Assembly (NCBI RefSeq): GCF_024521635.1
Contig: NW_026250404.1
Span: 930,001-994,000, forward strand
Source of the DNA: Tricharina praecox
Taxonomy: Eukaryota
Direction: 5' to 3'
Length of the DNA stretch: 64,000 nt
This document shows positions 24,042-36,098 of the stretch, piece by piece. Every line of letters begins with the position of its first letter. The stretch's first letter is position 1. Below the pieces are notes generated by a model. It did no database searches. It saw only the letters and a program-made list of their open reading frames with translations, and was not told the DNA's origin. The translations under genes were made by a program, and so were the position numbers.

Positions 24042-26570
24042 GCCGGCGCCGACGACGCGGCGCCAGCAACCAGCAACCAGCGCCGCGGCGGCGGCAATTC
24101 CTATTCGCCACGCACGGCCGTCAAGCTACTTGCTGTGGCTCCCTGTATTCGTACCTAGTACCTAGATGTATCATGTACCTACACAGCAGCTGGTTAGCCT
24201 CGAGCTTCGAGCTCGCTGGCTGCATTGGAAATCTATGTAGTTATCAAAGACAGGTGGGCGGCGCTGCGCGGGACGGGGCCAATCCAATCGTCGTGGACTC
24301 GTGGGTGGCCACACGAGACGGTGATCCTGCAGGTCCGCTGTCCACGACTGTCCGTCCCTCCCCCCACTGCGCGCGTACACGCAGAAGGAGAAAAAAATTA
24401 TATCACTCTGCTGGGTTTACTCGAGGGATTGAGGGATTGAGTGCGACGTAGGTACCGTATCTAACTAGGGGGTTTGGATACGGTAGCTACTCTGCTCTGG
24501 ATACTCTAGATATGCTACTCTATGATTCGCAGATCAGATCTGGTTAAGAAACCGGTGGCGAGATGGAGACGCAATATACCTAGGGGGGGCAATTCGACTA
24601 CTTACATACATACCAGGTACTATGGAGTGGTGTGTGGAGAGTTGGAAGAGGTAGTTTGTTCCGTCCGAACATTGCGGACTTGCATGTATGTAAGCATGTA
24701 TGTAGATACCGTACTCTACTCTATCTACAAGGGCAGCGGCGGAGGAGCGGCGGAGGCGGTAAGCATACCGATATGGGAAAATGTTCTCTAGACTCAGGAG
24801 TCCACTCTAGATTGTATGTAGGATACATGTACATGTAGGTAGACTATCTACATGTGTAGTGTAGTTACTTGCCGTGTGCTGTGCTGTGCTGTGCTGTGAG
24901 CTCGGAGAACATCCGGGCGGTCGGGCGGTCGGTCGGTCAATCGGCCCATTCTACTCTACTACTCTACTCTACTAGGTATACAACTATATAACTATATAAT
25001 TGATTGCCCTGCTTTGATTGTCCTGCTTTGATTGAGGTGATGTGGTTGCGGATTGCGGGATACGGTTTGTGGGTTGCGGGTTGCGGGTTGTGGGTTGTGG
25101 GTTGCGGTTTGCGAGTTGCGGGGGAAAAAAGGGAGTGGAGACTGGATGGCGGGCTGGAAGGTCGAGGGAAGGGATGGAAAACAAACGACGGAGGGACGGA
25201 CGGATGGGATGCGCGAGATACGGTAGAGTATATTGCACCTGCGTGCGGGCCTGGGGCGTTCCGTGTGGGGTTAATATACGACACGACACGACACGACTGC
25301 GGATACGCTGCGATGGTTACCGTGGGTGGGGGCCGCGCGGGGGAGCGGGGAGGGGACGGGAGGGGGAGATGGAGGTGGAGGTGGGTGCGGAGGACTGACT
25401 GGCGGGCGGGCGGACAGATGGGCGGGCAGCGGTGGTGGGGGGTGGAAAACGGGTTTCTTCTTGTCCGTCACTCTACCGATTCGCTACCACTGCGCTTTCT
25501 CACTAGGTACGGTATCTAACGATCGAAGCGGAACCTGGATTTGCGGGCTGGTCGGAATCCAGCCGATGGGACGCCGCCCGGAGGGAACGACATACGGTAC
25601 CTACCGGCACCTATCGCGCGCTCCGTGTGCGGTTAATATACTCTACTCTAGGTACCGTACTCTACGCTGCTTATCGTGAGTGCGGGGCCTGCGGGCCGTG
25701 CACCCTGGCGGGCAGGCGGGCAGGCGGGCAGGCGGGACGGCGGCGACGATACCGTGGTCGGCTTCGGGGTTTCCCCAGATGCCGATCCAGTGCGCGGGCT
25801 ACTGCACTTTCACCGACTCGGAATTAGAATTCGGCTCCCCATCGCCGAGTCATGGCCGCTGTTGCCCACCACGGCTGGTGCGCGTCTGGAGCTGGCTAAC
25901 CGGATGGCCGCTCGATCAGTTCTCGCGCCGCTTGTCGATATCGAAAATCGGCATCGAGGAAACCAACAGCTCTCTCCAGTGTCCGCCTTCCACCGCTGAT
26001 CGACCGCCGTCGCAAGCTATACTTGACTAGCTCCAACAGCTCAAGGCTCAAGCTCCGACCATGGCCGCTTGGCGTTGATCCGCGTAGCCAATCGCAGGCC
26101 AACAGGTCTTCCGACATCTTCCGGTTGGCTCCGCAGAGAGATCATGCGATATCACCCGCTTCCACCACCATTCCGCAGGACTAGGTACCTACACCACGCC
26201 AAAAAATATAGTTGTTTCTTCTTGCTCGTTCCGGATTCGAACCATCCATCCATGGTCTGGATGTGTGCACCTGACAGCAGCACGAGACTGGAAGCTGGGG
26301 ATGTTGTTCCGTATCCTGAGACTTGTCCAAAGTTCATTCTATGTACCTACATACGCATCTCGGATCGTGAACGGCTGGGGATACCAATAACTTGGTTTAC
26401 CAGATGATTGCGGATGCACAGGTGCGGAAGAATAGAACGAGAAAGACGTGCGTCTCTGGCACGATGCATAAAAGTTGATTCGCAGTCCGAATGGTGGAAA
26501 TCAGCGGCTTCGCGGGTGCCGGTTGGTCGAAGGAAAACCATCCTCTCTGTCTTTGTCGAGTAACGTGGTC

Positions 26571-27430
26571 AGCGACTTGGACGTCAACCCGTCCCTGGAT
26601 CCGAGACATATGAGTTTGAGAGTATGTGGTACTCCAGCTTAAGGAACCGAGAGAAACATAGCGACCGCTGGCACTTGGTGATGGGGAACGATTTGTGTGA
26701 GCGCTGGCGTCATTCCGAGCCGAGTGATCACGTCGAGACCCAATGGTCCCTCGACACCTGCGCACTTCAATGGCGACCCGCAAGTCCATGAACCGGCTCT
26801 CTCTCCCTTTATTCTCCCCACCTTTCACCATTTCTTCCCTTCTTCTTCCTCTTCTTCTCCACCTTCACCTTCTCTTCACCAGCAACGACAATCACAACAA
26901 CCATCGAAATAAACCTCCATCTCGCGCCATCACCGAGCACAAACAACCAACAACTAATAACCCGCACACACAACGACAACCACTCGATAAAATAACCATG
27001 ACTACCATCACCGCTCCCAGCGAAGTCAACACAACCCCCAAGGGCGGCCGCACAACCCTCAAGACCATCAGCGAATTTGTCGATATCCTCGAGTTCCTGG
27101 CCGAGTTCCTGGCAGAACTTGAGGTCGATGCCGGCGAAGACGCCGCCGCTCACGGCAACGCCATCCTTTACAACTTTGAGGAAGAGGAGAGCAAGGGAGA
27201 GGAGGATAAGCAGGACGCGGGCAAGCCCGATGAGGAGGCTGGTCATGAGGAGGCTGACATCAGCGAGGAGGAGGGGGATGCGTGAGGGCTGGGGAGATCT
27301 CTCCCCTCTCCCTATGTTTTTGTTTTTGTTTTTACAAATAAAGGGGTTTGAAAATCCGTGCATTCTCTGGGTAATGGGCATCGGTATTTTCGTGTTTAGC
27401 TTGAAGTCTTCGACGGCTGGTACGGCTGGT
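26571..27430 (+). repeat. Dispersed repeat copy B, with a 95-aa acidic ORF at 26998-27285
   Basis: Encodes MTTITAPSEVNTTPKGG...DILEFLAEFLAELEVDAGED...EEEGDA*. Non-coding flanks are homologous to copy A. Confidence 0.85.
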
Positions 27431-27869
27431 AAAGCCTTCTGTTTCGGGATAGATACAGTGTCCGTTCGGTGGGTCCGAGAATGAATGCCAACAACAGCAG
27501 CAGCAGAGCTACATTGCATGTAAGAAGAAACGACTCCCGTAGCTACTAGGGACTGGACCGGACCATGGTGTAATACTGTAGAACTCTCGTTGTCTATTAT
27601 GGATGACGTATTACATTTCGATACGTATTGCGAGAAAGACGGTATGATACGACTCCTGTCCTTATGGAAATATGTTTTTTTCTCTCCAGAAGTAGACATC
27701 TATCAAACCCCATAATTCTCAAAAAAGCTCGCATTGTGAGGACCCTAAAGTACTGGTGAACACCTATTTCTGCAGGCACGGCAGGCTTTCGGTAGTAATA
27801 CCGCAGCCATCCGGTCGATGCTCACGGGGTACTATCGAAGTTATGTTCTCTTCTTGCGGGACCTATTGT

Positions 27870-28600
27870 TGGTCGGAGGGAAACAAATCACGATCTCTGC
27901 ACTGCACTGCAGAGTCGGTGGGAGGCCGAGGACCTCTGCTTTCGGACGGCGGGATGGAAGTGGAAGTGAAACTGGGTCCGGAGACACGGAAGTTGCTGCT
28001 ACAGCATAGGTGCTATTGTACCGTGGAAGGTCAGAAAAGTTGAGGCTATATCTCCCCGCTCGTGCGTGGTGATCTTTGATTGAAATTCCGCTATCCACGA
28101 TGAGCGCTGCTGCGCCAGTGTTTGGAGGGGGCGAGTGATCGCGTCAAGACTCAATCGTCCCTCGACACTTACACACTTCAATGGCGACGCGCAAGTCAAG
28201 GAACCAAGGAACCAGCTCCGGGTCCTTTTATTCCCCCACCTTTCCTCCTTTCTTCTCCTTCTTCTCCTCCATCTTCCTCTTCTCCACCACCACCAACAAC
28301 AACAACATCAATATCATCAACGATAATGATAACAACCATCGACCAAACCCCTCATCCCACGCCATCACCGAGCACCAACAAACCAACAAACCAACAACCA
28401 ACCAACCAATCACACAATCACTCGGTCATATCCTTGACTACGATCGCCGCCGCGAACAACACCAACACCACCGAGAAGGGCGGCCACAACACCACCCCCA
28501 CCATCAAGGCCGTCAGCGACTTTGCTCTACCTATATCCTCGATATCCCCAGTTCCTAGCCGGGTTCTTGGCCAACCTCGAGGTCGACTCCGGCGATAATA
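27870..28600 (+). pseudogene. Dispersed repeat copy C, 3'-truncated, with the start codon changed to TTG (28434)
   Basis: Shares GTGATCGCGTCAAGACTCAATCGTCCCTCGACACTTACACACTTCAATGGCGACGCGCAAGTC and the downstream leader with copies A and B. It is frameshifted around the DILEFLA-homologous segment. Confidence 0.8.
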
Positions 28601-29021
28601 AAGCTGGCGACGAAAAATTGACCGGACCCCTCCTCATCTGTTTCACTCCGCATCTCGATTCTCGGTAGATCCGGTTTTTCGCATTCGCTCTGTCGCTCTG
28701 TAACGACTCTACGAGCAGTACTGGCGATTCCGGAATCCGGAACCGGAGCACCCAATGTGCCCTGCTGCTCCTGCCCGCTGATGGAGGGTGGTGGTGAGGA
28801 GAGAGAGCGGGAGGGGGGGCAGGAGGGAGAGTAGGAGGAGGAAAAGGAGGAGGAGCAGGGGGGAGAGCAAGATGTGAAGGATGTGAAGGATGTGAAGGAA
28901 GGCGAGGGTAGGGGTGGGGAGGAGGAGGAGGAGGAGGTTTAGGATGCCGCTGGAGGTATCTATGCAGTTTTTTTTTTTTGATTTCAACTATTAAATATAA
29001 GCCATTTTGACAACTCTACTA

Positions 29022-29278
29022 TCCCCTTGTGTGGCAAGTCAAGGGTGGGACACTACGTACAGTGCATTAGCGTGTGTGATTTGTATTAGCGTGGAAGATT
29101 CAGCTAGTAGTAGTATAGTGTATTGAATTCAGGGCCAGTAGTAGTATAGTGTATTTTAGCAGAGAACCTATCCCAATACACTATACTACTACTGGCCTGG
29201 ATTGTCCACGCTAATGCATATCACACACGCTAATGCACTGTACGTAGTGTCCCACCCTTGACTTGCCACACAAGGGGA
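29022..29278. mobile_element. 257-bp MITE with long terminal inverted repeats and TA flanks (Tc1/mariner-type target site)
   Basis: TCCCCTTGTGTGGCAAGTCAAGGGTGGGACACTACGTACAGTGCATTAGCGTGTGTGAT is a perfect 59-bp inverted match to the right end. TA lies at 29020-21 and 29279-80. There is no ORF. Confidence 0.9.
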
Positions 29279-30106
29279 TACCTTTAGGCATTACCGGTGG
29301 TATCTTTTACTTGAAGTGTCGAAGAGCTATCCCCAGAGTCGGTAGATCCTGTAGAAGAAATCGGGTGTGAACGAGTGCAGTGGTCATATGGGGTCCTGAC
29401 TCCTTATGAGTTCACGATCCATCCCCTTACTCTATACTCTATAGAAACAGAGCATACTCGACCAGCAGCTGCGGTAGACAGCCGATCGGATGAGTTGTAT
29501 GATCCGGATCCTCCGGCTCTTTGCAGCATATCTCTGATGTATCAATGCCCACACTATCTACCCGCGATAATCTGCCCACTCTACCCGCCAGCCGCCGACA
29601 CGACACGACATGGCCACCTTCCAGCGGCTATAGCGCGGGGAGAGCGGATTCCGACCACGAGTAGTAGTAGAGGCGCCGCCTGTGGTGCGTTTCCGTCACT
29701 ATCCTTCCGCAAGACAGAGTAAGTACCACTCCCTCCACTCACCTAGGTAGTCTAAGCGTCTCGGTTATTTCGAAACCTCAACACCGCGCATAGGTAATCG
29801 GTAATCCCAGGGGCAGTACACTCGGCGTAGCCGCTATCACTGAGACCATGCATACCCTCTTTCCCAGGACGGGGGGCCACGAGTAATAAACCGCATGCCG
29901 AGTACCGCGTGCCGAGTGCCCAGTAGTGAAGCGGCGAACAAGGCGCCTTGGGAGTTCACAAGAACCATCCTCGTTTTTCTATGGAACATATTCTTTAATA
30001 TCGCTTGAGAAGTAACGGTAGATTGACTATGGTACGAGGGGTATTACATCAGACATCAAAGACACAACCAAAATGCAATCTATCCAAGTACCACCACGCA
30101 ACCCCC

Positions 30107-32573
30107 TCAATCCACGACCTCCAACATGGCATAGCTCTTGTGTCCAACAACCTTCTTGACCGTAGTCATGATATCAAGCTTTTTCTTCTCGGTCCTTGTC
30201 TCTCCATCTTTGCCAACGACCTCCAAATCCCCGTCCACCTCCGGATCCTCAAAGCCGCCGTCCTCCAGAAAGACCTTCAACATGGCCTGCGAGTACCCGC
30301 TAACCATGGCGACGCCCGCATCCTCAGTCGTAACCGGCTTGGGACCTCTTCCGCTGCCGGCAAGGTTCCAGTAAATAATCTCCGGCATCTCATAGCCCGC
30401 TTCTTCGAATTTCTGCTTGACGCGTTGGTGGTTGGTTGAGAATTTCAAGAGCTCCTGCGCTCCATCAGGTTCCTCTGCTCCATCAGATTTCAGTGCCTCA
30501 TCGAATTCCTGTGCATCGATGTTAACACCTCGTCACGTTTCTTGCAATTATGTAGGGAGGAGGAGTTACCATATCGGAGAACACGATGAGACGCTTCACC
30601 ATGTCCTCGGGACGGACCTTATTGGCGATTGCCATGGGTAGAAGAAGATCTTCAAAGACACTGTTGAAATTGGTGGTCATTCCCCAATCGGAGTTCTCCA
30701 TTTCTGAGATCAAATCCCCAAAGCTCTTGGTCGTATCCAGCTTCACGATTTGTGGTTCCTCAGAGAATGTGATGAAGTGGTTAGCGAAAGGCGGTTTGGT
30801 GATCTGGGCGATGAGGAGACCCAGGCCAAGGGCAGAGTCCATGGGAGACGTCTTATCCTTGAAACATGTGGATTCCATGGATCCGCTCACGTCCACCACT
30901 GCAATAGTACTCTCGAGAGTTCCAGAGTCACGGATCCGCTGCACGAGGGTATTCCATTGCAAACTAACAACCTTAAGTTCAATCGATGCGATATGATTCT
31001 CAAGCCGTCTTTTGGTCTCTCGTGGGCCCGGAAAACGCTCCGGCGGGGGTCCCATGTCCTCATGATGGGCTATTCGGGCCTGCCGCACGAGCAGGGACGG
31101 GAAAAGGGTGGCGCCAGAGATTTTTGCTTTCCCATTGGCAACGTCGGTGAGATACTCATCAAAGTGCTCAAGGTCTCGGTAGGCAAATAATGGTTTGTAC
31201 CGATCCATGGCTATGGAAGGCACCCGGCTGTAGTTGATCTCCTCGAATTTCTTCTCGGAAATCTTGGTCTCCACCAACTCGAGGGGCTTCCGGAGGGACG
31301 AGAGGAGTTTGCGGTAATGTTGACGGGCGTGCTTTAGATAAATTTCCCTGGGCTGGCCTTGCTGACCGATGGATTCGGGGGTAAACATGAGCTCGGCGAT
31401 TGTGGTGGCGATTGTGGTGGCTCGGTCGAGCCTCTTCTCCAACGAGGGGGCCCACTTTGATGCGAAGGAGATGGCACCGAGATTTTTGCCCGATTCCAGG
31501 ATCTTTTCATCTCGTTTGATCTGTTCGGCAAAGATGCGAGCGACGGCGAGGTGGAAAGCTCGGTAGAAATGGTCTTCGTTGAGCATCTTGACGACCCTGT
31601 CGTGGTCGCTCTGTTCCTTTCCACGCTTCTGTGCCTTGGCCTTCTCACGTTTCTCCTGTTGAATCCGTCTGTGCTTCTCTAGTATCGCTGCTCGGCGCTC
31701 TTTCTGCTGTTCCGGGGACATCGCCTTGAGCTCCAATTTTTCCCGCCTTCTGTTGGCTGCGCATCCCAGCTCCTCCCGTAATTCTCTCTTGTCATCCGCT
31801 GAAATCCTACGCATCTTCACGGTATCGAGCTCCGACTTCGGGTTGAAATCTAACGTCAATCTGTCCTTCGAGGCCAAGAATAAAAGATTCAGTAGATCAC
31901 CATAGTAACCATGAGCACCGCCGTCGTTGAGGTCGAACCGGGTTACATCGTCATCATCATCAATCACCTCAAGATCCGCCCTCTTCACCATAACCTCGTC
32001 GCTCTCGTCCGATCTCTTCCGTGCCTCCTCCTTCCTCTTGGCCGTCTTGTCGGGTGTCTTGTCGATAACCGGTCGAACGATCCAGTCAAGGTTGATGATT
32101 GCGGTCCGAGGATGGTACTCTCGAAGCCAGCACATACATCTGTAGAATATGTACTTATTGGCCTTTCCGGTGTGTATACTCCGTACATTCCAAAAGAGCC
32201 GTAGTGTATCTTCAGCCCCCTCCTTCCATGCGGCGTGCAACAGCTGATCGAATTCCTCATGTGGGATCCTCCCATCTCCCGACGCCAAAACATCCGCGAG
32301 CGCCGAGCCCGTTTGCGCATAAGAGAGCGCTCCTTTGGTCGTGTACATCATGTTCTCAGGCAGCAAGGGGTCTTGCTTGGTAAGGGCGTCCATGAAGGTG
32401 TTCTTTGGCGGTTCAACAGGGGGCTCTTTCGCGACGATGGGGGCGGTTTTGATGTATTCGCGGAAGGAGGCACGGTCGTAGAAGAGTTCTGGGGTGTAAG
32501 GGAGCTCGACGGGGAAGGTTGACATCAGTGGGTGGGGTGCCATGGCGGGCTTCGGCGCCCCGTCGACCTCCAT
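30107..32573 (-). CDS. DUF2828-family protein with C-terminal vWA domain. Exons 32573-30570, 30508-30107.
   Basis: Motifs TTKGALSYAQTGS, WNVRSIHTGK, ASKWAPS, INYSRVPSIAM, MIDAS-like DVSGSM, WGMTTNFNSVF, spliced FSDMEFD, and YEMPEIIYWNL. Confidence 0.9.
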
Positions 32574-33960
32574 TGCGTCGGGCACTTTTTGGTATTGATA
32601 TTAGAGAAGAATAAATGGAGTGTATATGACTTTCAGAGCGGAAAAGATGAGGTGGTGGTGGTGATGGAAGAGGAGAAGGTGGGGAGGAGGTGGGGAGGAG
32701 GATGGGGCAGAAGGAAGGTAGTGGGGAGAAGGTAGGAGGGCAGGTAAAGACGGAGTGGTACCGAACGCGGGGTAGTTTCAGTGTCATGCCCGAGTTATAA
32801 TAAACAAGGCATATTTGAACTATTATGGAGAGGTGAAGCCTGTTACAAAAGTAGCAGCATCACGCTAGCATGACTTCTCGTATGACTCCGCCGCATGACT
32901 CTTCCAATGCATCCCTTCAGCATATATGCGTCTTTAGCTGCCGCTTGCGAAACGCAGTACACAATCAGTCCCTCCTACTGCGGATATAGATTCCCTGTTT
33001 AGTAGGCCAATGGATTGTTTGCGCTCAGCCCGACACATATTAGCCACTAGTAAATCAGCCCTATGTGTGCCAAGCGAGCCAGTAGGGCTACATGGATCGA
33101 GTCATATGTAGAGTACGTGCACAGATGATGAAGGATGGCGAAGTCATCCTCGCAAAGATGTAGGAGAAGGGGAAACCCGAGTTTCTGCGATGGAATTGTG
33201 CGAAACCCTTTGTTAGAGTTTGGACGTCCGGAAGCGGTCGATCACGACCGCAGCACTGCTGAAAGAGTTGGGCGTCCGGAATGTCACCCAGACGGTCGCA
33301 GCAATGCTGGCGGACGGCAGCAATGTTGGTGGACGGCAGCAATGTTGGCAGACTATGGATACATTTCCAATTCCTGCAAGCCGGCACCGAAATCGTAGCA
33401 CTAGAGTGAAGTTGTTCTCTAGAAAAAGATGCGATTGGGCTGTGTGGGGGAAAGATCAATACTGGTACATAGAGGACGCCTGATCTTTATAAACAAGATG
33501 CCAGTTCATTCTTAATGCTGACCAGAACGCGCACAAGTGCATTGGGTATGTAGGCAGGGTGGATCGAAATGCTGGCATGAAGCCCCTTTCCCCCTCGCAA
33601 GACTGGCAACATCCGTGATAGTTTTTGCTTCATGAGAACATAAGTTGTTGTTGGAGATGGCCGACGGAGAATGCGTTAGTCACGCAATATGAGTGTACCA
33701 TGGCAGTCAGCTCCTACTGTCGGTTTTCTGGGGAAGATTGTCCTGCATCTGACTCATTGATCATTGATTCCCAGCATTCCCGAAGCGTGGCATCGTATTT
33801 AAGCGAATGATGGGCGGTGATCCACCCCTCCTCACACATGGTTCGCCGATTAGTTAGTGCCGTGTAACGTTACTCAGAAAAGTAACCGAAAGGGCAACGA
33901 CAAGTAAATTTTCGAGCCCGGACCGACGCCAACATCACGACTCGCGAGCAGAGCAACAGA

Positions 33961-36098
33961 ATGGTCGCCGCAGCCAAACGCAAAGCGAAAGCGCAAAAGG
34001 TGGAGGCCGCCGCAGCCGCAACCGCCGCGACCGTGCCCACCGATACGAGTGCCCCCGCCGAAACCCCCGTCGATCCCCGCGCATGGGCGTCCGCCAACCC
34101 GCCGCTGTCACCTTGGATGCTGGATGGGCTCGCTGCCATGGGCTTTGCGAGGATGACGCCTGTCCAGGCGTCTGCTATCCCGCTGTTCATGGCGAATAAA
34201 GACGTCGTCGTGGAGGCGGTCACTGGCAGTGGAAAGACGCTCGCGTTTTTAATTCCCGTGGTCGAGAGGCTTCTAAGGGCCGTGGAGCAGCCGAAGAAGA
34301 ATCAGGTCGCTGCTATCATTGTTTCACCTACTAGGTATTTCACTTATCCTGCGCTGTTGTGAGCGAAGGTGGTGGTGATGGCGGTGGTGCTGATCGTCTT
34401 GTAGGGAGTTGGCTGCACAGATTCACACTGTTTTACTCTCGATCCTCGCTTTCCATGGACCTTCGGCGGCATTGCTTGCACCCCCGTCCGAAGATGTTAC
34501 CATGACAACGTCCGAGACTACCGCCGGCCCGCGGATAAAACCATTGCTACTGCTGGGCGGCAATACCTCGCCGGCACAGGATCTCCGGAACTTCTTGGAG
34601 CAATCGCCGAACCTCCTCGTTGGCACTCCCGGGAGACTGAACGAGCTTCTTTCATCGCAGCATGTGCACTGCTCCAACGACACGTTCGAAGCGCTGGTGC
34701 TGGACGAGGCCGATCGTCTGCTCGATCTCGGCTTCAAGGAGACCCTCACCAAGATCATCTCCCGCCTGCCCAAGCAACGTCGAACCGGCCTCTTCAGCGC
34801 CTCCATCAGCGACGCTGTGGTGGGCTCGCTGGTGCGCGCAGGTCTGCGCAACCCCGTAAAGGTAGTCGTCAAAGTACGCGGCGACCACGAGGAGAAGCGG
34901 ACACCGGCCAGTCTAGACATGTCGTACCAGCTCGCCACGCCGTCGCAGCGTCTCATCTACATCGGGCGGGTCCTCTCGCCCAGTGCGGCCAGCATCTTCC
35001 CCTCCTCGCAGCTGCCGCTGAAGACAATCGTCTACTTCTCCAACTGCGCCGCGGTCGACTACTACACTTCGCTGTTCCCCGCGGTCCTCCGCGACGCCGC
35101 GAGCACCTACTCCATCGTCCCGCTGCACGGGAAGATGAACGCCAGCATGCGCACCCGCAACTTCAACAAATACGTCAACTCCTCGTCGCCCTCGATCCTG
35201 CTCACAACCGATCTCGCCGCCCGCGGCCTCGACATCCCCGAAGTCGACCTCGTCATCCAGCTCGACGCCCCGACCGACCCAAAGGTATTCCTGCACCGGT
35301 GCGGGCGTGCAGGGCGCGCCGGCCGCCGCGGCCTCGCCATCCTGTTCCTCTCCCCCGGGCGCGAAGAGGGGTATATCGACTTCCTAGACGTGCGGAAGAC
35401 GCCTGTATCCCCGCTGCAGCTGCCCCCCACCCTCTCCGAGCCCCCAACAGACGAGGAAGTGGCCGCCACCGTCACCGCCATGCGCGCAGTCGTGCTGAAG
35501 GACAGAGGCCTCTACGAGAAAGGGATGAAGGCGTTCGTCTCCCACGTCCGCTCCCACAGCAAGCACCAGACCGCGAGCATCTTCCGCGTCGCAGATATCG
35601 AGTGGAAAGACCTGGCGGATGCCTACGCGCTCCTGCGCATGCCCAGGATGCCGGAGCTGAAGAAACTCGGCACCGACAGGATCGAGCTCGGTGTGGACGT
35701 CGATGTATGTCACTCCCCCTCCCCCCTAAATCCGCCCACTAACGGATAAAAACCAGCTGCAAACCCTCGCCTTCAAAGACAAATCCCGCGAAAAGCTCCG
35801 GCAATCAGAGCTCGCGCAGCCCAAGCCGGTGTGGAAACCATTGACACCCGAAGAGCTCGCGGCGAAAAAGAAAAAGCTCGAAGCGTGGAGCGCCAAGACG
35901 GAGAGCCACGACGCGAAGATGGAGCGGCGCGAGCGCAAGCGGAAGCGTCGCGAGGCCGAGAGACAGGCGAATATGCCCGCGGACGAGAAGGCGAGGCAGG
36001 AGGAGTGGATGGAACTGCTCGAGAAGGCGAAAAAACAGAGGTTGGAAAAGAATAAACTTGAAGAAGGAGAGGAGGAGTTTTTTAAGGGCTTTGATTGA
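33961..36098 (+). CDS. SPB4: DEAD-box rRNA helicase. Exons 33961-34334, 34405-35704, 35757-36098.
   Basis: Motifs [36 protein letters not shown] across intron 1, [26 protein letters not shown], and the SPB4-type C-terminal [19 protein letters not shown]. Confidence 0.95.
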
